From NCBI GenBank assembly GCA_964621445.1, contig CAZUNO010000043.1:1-16232 (forward strand): 16,232 bases of DNA. Direction: 5' to 3'. A program made the position numbers and the translations under genes. The notes beneath the pieces are model-generated. The model ran no database searches and had not been told where the DNA came from. It saw only the letters and a list, made by a program, of their open reading frames with translations. Positions 7,881 through 16,084 of this stretch are shown here, piece after piece. The stretch is from Candidatus Hadarchaeota archaeon (lineage in GTDB: Archaea > CAYQAE01 > CAYVLA01). Numbering within the stretch: the stretch's first letter is position 1; every line of letters starts with the position of its first letter.

Positions 7881-8675
7881 TCAGGCCGTCAATCCAGTTC
7901 GGACTCTACCCTTTTTTATGAATTTCATCTTTTTTATGAATTTCATAATCAGGCCCGCGATTTGGGCCGGTCTTTCAAAACAGAGGGAGTGGCCTGCATT
8001 CTGGACCCACCTAACATGGATATTGCTCTTCCTGGGTATGCGCAGCTTCTCGAGTGGAGGCTTCGGCCTTCCACGATCCCCCCAGATTTCAAGGATCGGT
8101 ATGTCAGTTTTGCATAGGAAGTCATATCCATCCCATCGCGTCCATATCTTAGCGAACTCCCGGATCTGGAATTCAGACCACCGCTTGGTCTGCCTTTTCC
8201 TCATCCGTTTTCTTTCCAGCAACTGTTCCTCGCTCAGGGTGTTGACCTTCAATCCATCGAATGCATTTCTCAAAACCTCGGAACTGGTCCATCCCTCTAT
8301 AGGTATGATGCCCTTTATCAGGTCGGGACTCCGCCTCCCTATCTCAAGAGATATCATACCGCCGATGCTTGGCCCCGTTACATAGAAGTTATGCAGATCT
8401 TCTTCCCTGCAGATTTCCAGAACGTCCGAGGCAAATTGTTCGATAGACCCATTTGCTGATGGTGGCCAGCTCATTCCATGTCCTCGGGTCTCCACGACGA
8501 TAAGCGATAACTCCGGATCGAGGTTGGCAATAACATCTCCTAGACTGGCTGCATCCCCATAGCTTCCAGGAATCATGACCAATATAGGTTTATCGAATAG
8601 GTCAACATAGTAGGAGATATGGCCTTCATCTATATCCATCCTTTTTTGCTGAAATTTTCTCGAGCCAATTTTCAT
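7881..8675 (-). CDS. Alpha/beta hydrolase fold protein
   Basis: Oxyanion 'IPGS', 'ETRGHGMS', nucleophile elbow 'GPSIGG', 'PILEIWGDR' and catalytic 'AGHS...ERP'. Start reassigned from 8729 to ATG 8675 because the longer ORF overlaps the divergent promoter; ATG 8639 is also possible. Confidence 0.85.
   Translation of the reverse strand: MKIGSRKFQQKRMDIDEGHISYYVDLFDKPILVMIPGSYGDAASLGDVIANLDPELSLIVVETRGHGMSWPPSANGSIEQFASDVLEICREEDLHNFYVTGPSIGGMISLEIGRRSPDLIKGIIPIEGWTSSEVLRNAFDGLKVNTLSEEQLLERKRMRKRQTKRWSEFQIREFAKIWTRWDGYDFLCKTDIPILEIWGDRGRPKPPLEKLRIPRKSNIHVRWVQNAGHSLCFERPAQIAGLIMKFIKKMKFIKKGRVRTGLTA
7911..7946. repeat. Perfect 18-bp tandem duplication (cttttttatgaatttcat x2)
   Basis: 7911-7928 is identical to 7929-7946; it encodes MKFIKK-MKFIKK at the hydrolase C-terminus. 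Confidence 0.9.
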
Positions 8676-8699
8676 TAGGACGCCATAAATTGCCCGGGA

Positions 8700-8735
8700 T
8701 TTAAGTTGATTTCCCCAGACTGGGGTCAAGTTAAA
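8700..8735. promoter_or_regulatory. Symmetric divergent promoter: inverted repeat carrying two back-to-back TATA-like boxes
   Basis: tttaagttga (8700-8709) and tcaagttaaa (8726-8735) form an inverted repeat at 9/10, with an inner cccca-gac-tgggg palindrome (8713-8725). Each TTAAA begins 29 nt from an in-frame ATG (8675 on -, 8760 on +). Confidence 0.65.
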
Positions 8736-8759
8736 AGCTTTGGATTACGTTCTTGGTAC

Positions 8760-9962
8760 ATGTACACGGATGGAATGCTGCTCACGGGTGGAGAAAAGGC
8801 AAGGTTGCACCATGGATTATTCGGGGTTAGGAAATATATTCCCGAAAAATGTGAAAACGGTTTCACTCTATTCTCTCCAGCATATGGATACAGGGAATAC
8901 CTCATTGACATGAGGGGACTGGTTGTTCACTCATGGCCGGTTACCCACAGTGACGTTGCCGAACTGCTTGCCGATGGAAGCATTTTGACCCATAATGATG
9001 GCAAATGGCTGGAGGAGATCGATGTGGATGGATCCGTAAAATGGAGATGGGAGGGAAGCGAGGACCTAGAGATGGCGACCCACCACGATTTCTATAATCT
9101 TGGCGGGGACATCATCCATCTAGCCAGGGTAAGAGAACCGGTAAAGAAGGGGGTCTATGCAGAGGGAGTGGAACCCGATTGCATGAGGACGGACCTCGTG
9201 CTAAGAATAAATCGAGAAGGAGAGGTATTATGGAGATTTTCTCTCAGCGATCACCTAGAAGAGATATGCAAGCTTTCCGGCCTTCCCTTGCCAATTCCCT
9301 ACTTCAGGGAGACCGAGGATGGCTTTGAGCCCTATGGTCCATCGGATTGGGCCCATTCCAACACCGTTGAGGTTCTTCCTCCCACTCCGGTTGGAGATCG
9401 GGATGCAAGGTTCAGGGCGGGAAATATTCTGGTGAGCTTCAGAGCGCTGGATATCATCGCTATCATCGATCCCGACGAGGACAGGGTCGTATGGTGCTAC
9501 GGATTGGGGGAATTGGATGGCCAACACCAGCCAACCATGCTACCCAGTGGAAACATACTGGTATTTGACAATGGTACCCACCGCGGTCATTCCCTGGTCA
9601 AGGAGATAGATCCCCTTTCCGAAAAGATTGTTTGGGAATATTCGAAGGGAGAGGAATTTTTCTCCCTTTTCAGGTCAGGAGTTCAGAGGCTTTCCAACGG
9701 TAATACCCTAATATGCGAGTGTGATGCGGGACATCTTTTCGAGGTTACCCCGGACCGGAAAATCGTATGGGACTTCTATTCACCTTTCGTTGCCCAGGGG
9801 TACGAGCATCTAGGAAAGAGGATTCACAGGGCGACCCGATATTCCTGGTCTAGGGTGGAACCACTTTTGGGGAGAAGAGCAGACCGGATAATCGGGGAGG
9901 TCGATGAGTCAGGGGAGCCTATTAGCAACTATCGGGAGCTTGTCGAGTTATACACGTCATGA
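8760..9962 (+). CDS. Aryl-sulfate sulfotransferase (ASST / arylsulfotransferase family beta-propeller), no signal peptide
   Basis: 'HHDF', 'DWAHSNT', 'LVSFR', 'GQHQP', 'ILVFDNG' and 'SGVQRLSNGNTLI' match the ASST catalytic His/His-x-Asn/Arg/His set. Start reassigned from TTG 8706 to ATG 8760 by promoter spacing; 8775 and 8805 are alternatives. Confidence 0.85.
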   Translation: MYTDGMLLTGGEKARLHHGLFGVRKYIPEKCENGFTLFSPAYGYREYLIDMRGLVVHSWPVTHSDVAELLADGSILTHNDGKWLEEIDVDGSVKWRWEGSEDLEMATHHDFYNLGGDIIHLARVREPVKKGVYAEGVEPDCMRTDLVLRINREGEVLWRFSLSDHLEEICKLSGLPLPIPYFRETEDGFEPYGPSDWAHSNTVEVLPPTPVGDRDARFRAGNILVSFRALDIIAIIDPDEDRVVWCYGLGELDGQHQPTMLPSGNILVFDNGTHRGHSLVKEIDPLSEKIVWEYSKGEEFFSLFRSGVQRLSNGNTLICECDAGHLFEVTPDRKIVWDFYSPFVAQGYEHLGKRIHRATRYSWSRVEPLLGRRADRIIGEVDESGEPISNYRELVELYTS

Positions 9963-10048
9963 AATGGAGAATTATCATATTACTGCCCAATGAATGGAAG
10001 TAATACACACTTAAGGGTAGGTTGGGGAGGATAATCTGAGGAATCCGG

Positions 10049-11139
10049 TTGAACCGAAGGCTTATTTTCCTCCTTCTATTACTCCTGTCCCTTCAGGCTG
10101 CAAGTACTGGGGCGGCCAGGAGGGATCCTGAAATGGGGAAGATTAGGGTTCTTTATCTAGGTGATACCTGGGGGAATACACCTTTCCACAAGATACGTGT
10201 TGAACCGTCCTTTTTGGCGGTACCGGTTCCCGCTAGCTACAAGCATGGATTGGGGCTCAGTGATGCTAAGATCAAGAGGGCGATGAGGCTATATCTGCCC
10301 CGAACCTATCAGGGAATGGGATTAATGATGGTTGGGGGAGCAGAGTCATTTGGAACCGAGGGTTACACTTCAGGGGATCCTCCCCTATAGAGCAGGCCTT
10401 GCCCACCTTCTGTCTGGAGAACGAGGTTCTGAAAAGGACCTTCAAGGTGAGGGCGGGTGATTCGGATCATCCCTTCTGTACATCATTGGAGTGGTCTAAA
10501 ATGCCCCCATTTAGGGGCATGAACCTGATCAAGGAAAAACAGGGTAGTGAGGCTATTTTAACAACGGATTCCGCAAACAGCCGACCCGTGCTTGTATACT
10601 GGGATTATGGTAACGGATCCTCAGTGGCTCACCTGCCTGACCTTACTCCCGCCTGGGGTAGCTTGGTTATGCAATGGACCTACTATGGGGACTACGTTAC
10701 AAACCTGATCTTTCTAAGCAGCGGAGCAGATATTCCTCAGGACCAGTTCCTACTACATGATATAAGACAGGGATTCCACAACTATCATTCGAAACGCTCT
10801 CTCACGATCAGTGTCATGGAGTTTGCCTCGAAATTTGGTGCCAGGATTCATCCCGCCGAGGAGGAAATCCAGGATATATCATCCAAGTACGGTAATGCCG
10901 AGGAAGCTTACCTTTCCCAGGAATATGAAACTGCCGCGGAGATGCTGGATGAGATAGGTGAGGATTTTGAATCACTTGAAAAAAGGGTCCTGGAGATGAA
11001 GGACAACGCCCTTTTCTGGGTTTACGCAATCGAATGGATGGTTGTTTCGGGGGCCTTGATTCTTTGTGGTTCAATTCTTTGGACGCTAATGGTAAAGAGG
11101 AGACTTTATCGCGAAGTTAAAGTCACAAAGTTGGAGTAG
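10049..11139 (+). pseudogene. Frameshifted gene for a secreted, C-terminally anchored GATase1-like (DUF1355-like) domain protein, split into ORFs 10049-10390 and 10399-11139
   Basis: ORF1 has a signal peptide, 'KIRVLYLGD' and 'GMGLMMVGGAESFG'. ORF2 continues with 'MPPFRGMNL', 'PVLVYWDYGNG', 'DLTPAWG...W..Y', a helical region and a C-terminal TM + KRR. One extra base at tca^gg (10372/10373) joins them as GYTS-W-GSSPIEQALPT. Confidence 0.75.
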
Positions 11140-11156
11140 TACGTACCGAGGATTAA

Positions 11157-12572
11157 TCAGGTATTTACCCCTGGTGAGAGGGCATTAGAAAATAGGTAAA
11201 GGGATAGGATAAGGATGATGGGAATGGGCATGGCCAGTTCCGTCTTTGAGAACTCACGGACCTTGACCCTGAAGAAATATGGATCTCCTCGTTTTCCATA
11301 TTGATTGGTGAAGGAACCAATCACAAAATCGTCCTCAGTCACCTCTCTAAACCCTCCAATGGCGTATATGGAATTTGGCAGTTCAGGGCTACGGCCTAGA
11401 TCCCTCCACGTGGCTCCATTATCATGGCTAACCAGGGCACCAATTTCATGCCAACCAACCATACCCACGTAATACAGGGGCGTGTTTCCCGGGCCTGTGG
11501 TAAAGAATCCATCTAGCCCTCTGATGGAGATATTTTCCCCGCCCCACGTTGGTTGTATCCGCATGTCAGTTACTCCCGTCTCAAGGTCAATCCGAACGTA
11601 GTGTTGTCTCGGTTCCGGTTTCTGGGCGAGATAGGCAAAATGTACTTTGCCATCCTTAATTATCATGTTGGATAGCCAGGTGTGATACTCGAATTCGTCC
11701 TGGAGGATGATCTGGGTGGACCTTCCGGTATCGTCCGGGCCTATGGATGTGGATAAAAGAGTCCCGTCTGCCCGGTACCAGGTCTGGCCATCATCAGGAC
11801 TTCTGATGTAGTGAATGTCCCAGTATAGGTACTCGCCCTTCTTTTGAGTGGTCCATGCGTGGTGTAATGTGCCACCTTGATCCAGAAACGTATGAGGGTA
11901 CTGAGTGGTGGCATTGGCGCCCTCGATTTCCACTATCCGCCTTCGCCTGATCAGATTTCCGTCGGTGGCGTTGATTATGAAAAGTCTTCCGTAATGATTG
12001 AAAACAAATAATTTGCGCGTTCCTATATCATAGTCCATTGAATACTTGCCACTAGCCGCGAAGTTTATCCTGAAGATATCCGGGTCTGAGTAATTACGAT
12101 CGGCGCTGAATTTGAAAAGCAGAAGGGGGCGCTTGGGGTCCGACTCGTCGCCACAAATGGCTAGAATATCCGAATTCTCATCGTTCTCTAAGCATGGCGC
12201 CTTCGAGCCGACGCGTGGAGAGCTATACGTCGTCTGGAAGGTCTTACCCCCATCTGTGCTCCTGGCCAGATTCCAGGTACCCAACCAAGGTGCCTTATCC
12301 TCATAATCTACTAGGTAGGAGAGGAATATCCCATTCTCATTTTGTACCACCTTTTGGTTGTGACTTTGAAAGGTTGCGTAATATGTGCAGTTGGAGTCGA
12401 TTCTGACAAATTCGATCTGACCAGTCGGTATACCTGGATCCCCTGATCCCGCATTAACGGAAAGGGAGGCATCTGAGAATCCGGATGGATCTTGAAGACA
12501 GGACATTCCCGTGGGGACCGAGACCATTGATGTTATGAGGAGGAAGGAGATCCATCCATGGGAAAAACACAT
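11157..12572 (-). CDS. Secreted BNR/Asp-box (sialidase-like beta-propeller) protein with C-terminal membrane anchor
   Basis: Three Asp-boxes (STDGGKTF, SPDDGQTW, SHDNGATW), an N-terminal hydrophobic signal, and a C-terminal 'KVREF' followed by a hydrophobic stretch. Confidence 0.8.
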   Translation of the reverse strand: MCFSHGWISFLLITSMVSVPTGMSCLQDPSGFSDASLSVNAGSGDPGIPTGQIEFVRIDSNCTYYATFQSHNQKVVQNENGIFLSYLVDYEDKAPWLGTWNLARSTDGGKTFQTTYSSPRVGSKAPCLENDENSDILAICGDESDPKRPLLLFKFSADRNYSDPDIFRINFAASGKYSMDYDIGTRKLFVFNHYGRLFIINATDGNLIRRRRIVEIEGANATTQYPHTFLDQGGTLHHAWTTQKKGEYLYWDIHYIRSPDDGQTWYRADGTLLSTSIGPDDTGRSTQIILQDEFEYHTWLSNMIIKDGKVHFAYLAQKPEPRQHYVRIDLETGVTDMRIQPTWGGENISIRGLDGFFTTGPGNTPLYYVGMVGWHEIGALVSHDNGATWRDLGRSPELPNSIYAIGGFREVTEDDFVIGSFTNQYGKRGDPYFFRVKVREFSKTELAMPIPIILILSLYLFSNALSPGVNT

Positions 12573-12599
12573 CTTGATCTAGGCTAATTGGAAAAGGGG

Positions 12600-12606
12600 A
12601 TATAAA
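12600..12606 (-). promoter_or_regulatory. Putative TATA box (TTTATAT) for the BNR protein gene
   Basis: Near-consensus archaeal TATA beginning 34 nt upstream of ATG 12572. Confidence 0.5.
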
Positions 12607-12635
12607 TCTCCTAGCTCACTATGCGTAACTGGTGA

Positions 12636-12651
12636 GAAGGCGGCTGCCTTC
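12636..12651 (-). terminator. Short hairpin downstream of mscS (possible terminator or processing element)
   Basis: gaaggc-ggct-gccttc, a 6-bp stem with a 4-nt loop, 8 nt past the mscS stop. No U-tract, so support is weak. Confidence 0.25.
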
Positions 12652-12659
12652 AGCTGCTC

Positions 12660-13457
12660 TCATTCCTGCATATGAACATCCAGTTGCGGGAATGGTATTT
12701 CGATATCCTGTTCATTGTATGTTTGGAGTACCTTCTTTGTCAAGGAGTTCTTGACATCCCAGTAGTTCGCGGTTTCGCCCCATGGTCGCAGCTGGAGGTT
12801 AACAGATGAATCAGCAAGTTCAGTGACCACCACGGAAGGTTCCGGATCATCCAGGACCAGGTCATGGTTTTTCATAATTTCCATGGCAATTTCGATGGCC
12901 TTGTCCACAGGGCTCGTGTATCCAATTCCAACCCCTACATCAACCCTTCTAATGGGCATCCGGGAGTAGTTCACCACCGGGCTGCCCCATACGATCTTGT
13001 TTGGTATGGTTAGGAACTGGTTATCAGGGGTTATTAGTTCGGTGGCCAGAAGACCGACCCCCGAAACCTTTCCTTTCATCCCGCTGACCTCAACGACCTC
13101 GTCCTTATCTATGGGCCTGAGGGAGGCTATCCAGACCCCGGCAGCGATATTATTGAAACTGTCCTGCATTCCAAATCCAAGTACAAGGCCCAGCACGGCC
13201 GAGAGCCCGAGAACCACCGACGATATCTGGACTGCCATGCTGGCAGCTGCAAGGATAACCACCACGTAGAGGAGGACCTCCAGGAAACGGGCTAGAAAGT
13301 CTATTATCAGCCCGGGAAGCTTGGTCTTTTTCAGGCTCCTTTTGAAGATGGAAACTGCAATCTTGGCCAGAACTAAGCCAACCGCCAATACAATGACGGC
13401 CATGATTAGATTGCCTACCGTGATATTTCCCATTAGAGTGCTATCCCATTCTATCAA
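12660..13457 (-). CDS. mscS: Small-conductance mechanosensitive channel
   Basis: Three TM helices, 'LGLVLGFGMQDSFNNIAAG', 'T.L.TPDNQ..TIPN', 'NYSR...RRVD..VGIGY', 'ELADSSVN..LRPW' and 'IEIPFPQLDVH'. Confidence 0.95.
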   Translation of the reverse strand: MIEWDSTLMGNITVGNLIMAVIVLAVGLVLAKIAVSIFKRSLKKTKLPGLIIDFLARFLEVLLYVVVILAAASMAVQISSVVLGLSAVLGLVLGFGMQDSFNNIAAGVWIASLRPIDKDEVVEVSGMKGKVSGVGLLATELITPDNQFLTIPNKIVWGSPVVNYSRMPIRRVDVGVGIGYTSPVDKAIEIAMEIMKNHDLVLDDPEPSVVVTELADSSVNLQLRPWGETANYWDVKNSLTKKVLQTYNEQDIEIPFPQLDVHMQE

Positions 13458-13543
13458 ATGAATCGGGTAGGGTGTTGCTTTCTAGTTCTTAAGGATTATG
13501 GTATTAGACCTTGGGTGAGGATTTCCCCCTTGAATCTAGAAGA

Positions 13544-13558
13544 CGAAAAATTTTTGAT
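13544..13558 (+). promoter_or_regulatory. Putative BRE + TATA (CGAAAAA-TTTTTGAT) upstream of the beta-propeller gene
   Basis: A purine-rich BRE-like run directly precedes a T-rich box that starts 32 nt before the in-frame TTG 13583. Confidence 0.4.
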
Positions 13559-13582
13559 CTAAGGATTCTCATAGGATCTATA

Positions 13583-16063
13583 TTGACCAAAGGATTGCTG
13601 ATCCTAAGTTGTCTGTTGGTTATATCGGCAGCTGGAGCACAGCCAATTGTAAGAAATCTTGGTACCCCGGTAAGGGCCATGTCCATTAGAGGCTCCCTTC
13701 TGGTGAGGGACCCAATAACCGGTCGCCCCACCTTCTATTCCGGGATGCATACGAGTTCTGGAAGCGGGCGACTGATTAGGTTTGATTACGCGAAGGGCGA
13801 CGTGGAGTATTATTCGCTGCCTGGGACCAGCGGGGCCTATGGACTCACTGAAGGTCAGGATGGGAAAATTTACGTAGGAAGCATCTATGACGCTAGGATA
13901 TTCAGTTTCGACCCGGAAAACGGGAACATAACTGACCATGGAAGCGCTGGCGGGGAGGAGTATATTTTCGAGCTTTGTACCGGTCCCCATGGACGTATAT
14001 ACGGCGGCACCTATCCGAGGGCCAAGGTAGTGATGTATGACCCCGCAAATGACGAAATTACCGATCTGGGAAGCATGCATCCGACTGAAAAGTACGTGGG
14101 CGACCTGACCGTGGCGGAGAACGGTAGGGTTTTTGCCGGGATATTTCCCCACGCGGACCTAGTAGTCTATGATCCAATAACTAAGAAGAAACGAAGCATA
14201 CTTCCAGAACGCTACCAGGGAGCTCAAGGAGTTGACCCGGATTCGGAGGGAAACCTGGTTTTCGCATCGGTTGACGGCACCCTGCTCATAATCGATGCCA
14301 ACAGCTATGATATCGTAAAGGAGATACCCCCTCCAGAAGGCGGATGGATCGGTACCCACAGACCAATGTCCGGCGGACCCCTGTTGATCCATGGATTGCC
14401 TGGGGGGTACTTCCGATTCAACTCCACGAGCCGTGAGCTGGAGCCCTTCTACACACCGAAATATTCCACGTATGATAATCAAACCGGAGTGGCCTATATC
14501 AGAACCGGAGGTCGGCAAATCTTCCAGGCCCATAACCTGACAAGCGGGGAGCTGTTAAGCGAGGTTGATGTGGGGAGGGATGGGGACGGAATGATGGTGT
14601 TCAGCCTGGGAACTGGACCTGACGGGTGCATATACGGGGGATCGGTAAGCATCCTTCACCTCTTCAGGTACAAACCTCTCACTGAGAGCCTGGAGGATCT
14701 CGGATTTCCATTTCCCGGGGGCGGGGGGCAGTTCTACAGCCTACATACCACCGGTCAGAGTATCTACATGGCGGCCTACTCCGATTCAGTGCTAGGCGTC
14801 TATGAACCCTCGGAAGAATGGGACCCTGGAGATGGCCCTGATTCAAATCCTAGGAGGATAGGTACAACTGGAGGAGAGCAGAATAGACCCCACGCCCTGA
14901 CTTCCTCCGCCGATGGAAGGGTGTTCATCGGTAGCGAACCGGCTTATGGACAGTATGGCGGGGCACTTTCAGTTTATGATCCCCGGACCGATTCCTTCGA
15001 GGTCCATAGGAATATAATACCCAATCAGACGGTGCTGTCCCTTGCTGCCAGTTTGGACGGGTGGACCATATATGGCGGGTCCAGCACCAGAGGGGGAACC
15101 GGCACCAGTCCAATCACCGATAAGCCCCGCTTCTTCGCCTGGGATGTCAAAACCGAGGAGAAGATGCTGGACATGGTGCCCGTGGGGGGAGCGGAGGATA
15201 TCAATTCCCTGGTAACTGCACCAGACGGGCGGATATATGGAGGAGCAGGATCCGCCCTGTTCGTCTATGATCCCGGTGCTGGGAAGATAATTCATACCCA
15301 GGGATCCCTGGAAGGGGAGATAACCTCAATGGTCGTCGGAGAAGACGGCTTGATCTATGCCCGGGCCGAGAGCGCGATCTTCAGGATGAAGCCCTTGTCG
15401 GGGCCCGGAGAGGAGGTTTATTGCCAGCTTCTACACCGCGGCGGGAAAGGTAGGGGTTTGGCCCTGGACGGTCAGGGCAGGGTCTATTTTGGAGATGGGA
15501 CTGAATTGTGGGTTATCGATAACATTCCAGCAACGCCTAAGCCAATTTCCGATCTCCTGGTTTACGGCGATGATCTGGGTCCCGGCTGGACCTTGACCCA
15601 TTCCGGCGCAGAGATCAATCTGGAATCAAAGGAGATGGTTACGGATGGCAGGTGTCAGCGAGTTCATGTCGAAAGGTACTGCACCTTGGAGTACTTACCC
15701 CCCAACCCCTGGGATATCAATCTATCAGGGTACGATAATTTGTCATTCTCACTGAATCCGGGAAACTCCACCTTTAGAGGCCTGATCATCTCAAAAACGG
15801 GTCCTGGAAGCGGAAGTTCGGTTTCTCTTCTGGAGGATTACGCCCTTCAATTACCACCCAATGAATGGGCAAAGATCGAGATACCCATCGAGGACCTTGG
15901 GTGGGCCTTCGGTTCCCGAATGGAATCACTCAAGATGGTGGTATTAGGTTCCGGTGTTTTTTACCTGGATTCGATTTCTCTGGACATACCTAGCTCGGGT
16001 ATTTTCCCCATGGAGATCATGCTCCTGGGGCTAGTTGCCATTATGCGACGGGTTTGGAAATGA
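13583..16063 (+). CDS. Large cell-surface protein: signal peptide, tandem beta-propellers (Vgb/WD40/PQQ-like blades), CBM-like jelly-roll, C-terminal membrane anchor
   Basis: At least 10 repeats of L..[GA].DG.[IV][YF].G. The C-terminal domain 'LVYGDDLGPGW...INLSGYDNLSFS...NEWAKIEIPIEDLG...FYLDSISL' resembles galactose-binding-like CBMs, and the tail is hydrophobic + RR. The ORF is open from TTG 13511, but TTG 13583 gives a clean signal peptide MTKGLLILSCLLVISAAGA-QP. Confidence 0.82.
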   Translation: MTKGLLILSCLLVISAAGAQPIVRNLGTPVRAMSIRGSLLVRDPITGRPTFYSGMHTSSGSGRLIRFDYAKGDVEYYSLPGTSGAYGLTEGQDGKIYVGSIYDARIFSFDPENGNITDHGSAGGEEYIFELCTGPHGRIYGGTYPRAKVVMYDPANDEITDLGSMHPTEKYVGDLTVAENGRVFAGIFPHADLVVYDPITKKKRSILPERYQGAQGVDPDSEGNLVFASVDGTLLIIDANSYDIVKEIPPPEGGWIGTHRPMSGGPLLIHGLPGGYFRFNSTSRELEPFYTPKYSTYDNQTGVAYIRTGGRQIFQAHNLTSGELLSEVDVGRDGDGMMVFSLGTGPDGCIYGGSVSILHLFRYKPLTESLEDLGFPFPGGGGQFYSLHTTGQSIYMAAYSDSVLGVYEPSEEWDPGDGPDSNPRRIGTTGGEQNRPHALTSSADGRVFIGSEPAYGQYGGALSVYDPRTDSFEVHRNIIPNQTVLSLAASLDGWTIYGGSSTRGGTGTSPITDKPRFFAWDVKTEEKMLDMVPVGGAEDINSLVTAPDGRIYGGAGSALFVYDPGAGKIIHTQGSLEGEITSMVVGEDGLIYARAESAIFRMKPLSGPGEEVYCQLLHRGGKGRGLALDGQGRVYFGDGTELWVIDNIPATPKPISDLLVYGDDLGPGWTLTHSGAEINLESKEMVTDGRCQRVHVERYCTLEYLPPNPWDINLSGYDNLSFSLNPGNSTFRGLIISKTGPGSGSSVSLLEDYALQLPPNEWAKIEIPIEDLGWAFGSRMESLKMVVLGSGVFYLDSISLDIPSSGIFPMEIMLLGLVAIMRRVWK

Positions 16064-16084
16064 ATCCCCGTCGTGGTAGGGATT

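Noticed and set aside
7839-8385. Plus-strand ORFs 7839-8117 and 7861-8385
   Set aside because: Antisense shadows of the alpha/beta hydrolase with no motifs; their repeats just reflect the 18-bp duplication.
8676-8759. ORF-track starts at 8729 (-) and 8706 (+), implying head-to-head overlapping genes
   Set aside because: The extensions are not protein-like and cover a symmetric promoter; ATG 8675 and ATG 8760 fit better.
13488-13493. Palindromic CTTAAG as a shared bidirectional TATA for mscS and the propeller gene
   Set aside because: The spacing is plausible only for mscS; it is too close to TTG 13511, and a better BRE/TATA lies at 13544-13558.
13504-15295. Minus-strand ORFs (75-182 aa) inside the beta-propeller gene, and similar short ORFs overlapping the other genes
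   Set aside because: They are nested within well-supported CDSs and have no recognisable domains; expected by chance at about 50% GC.
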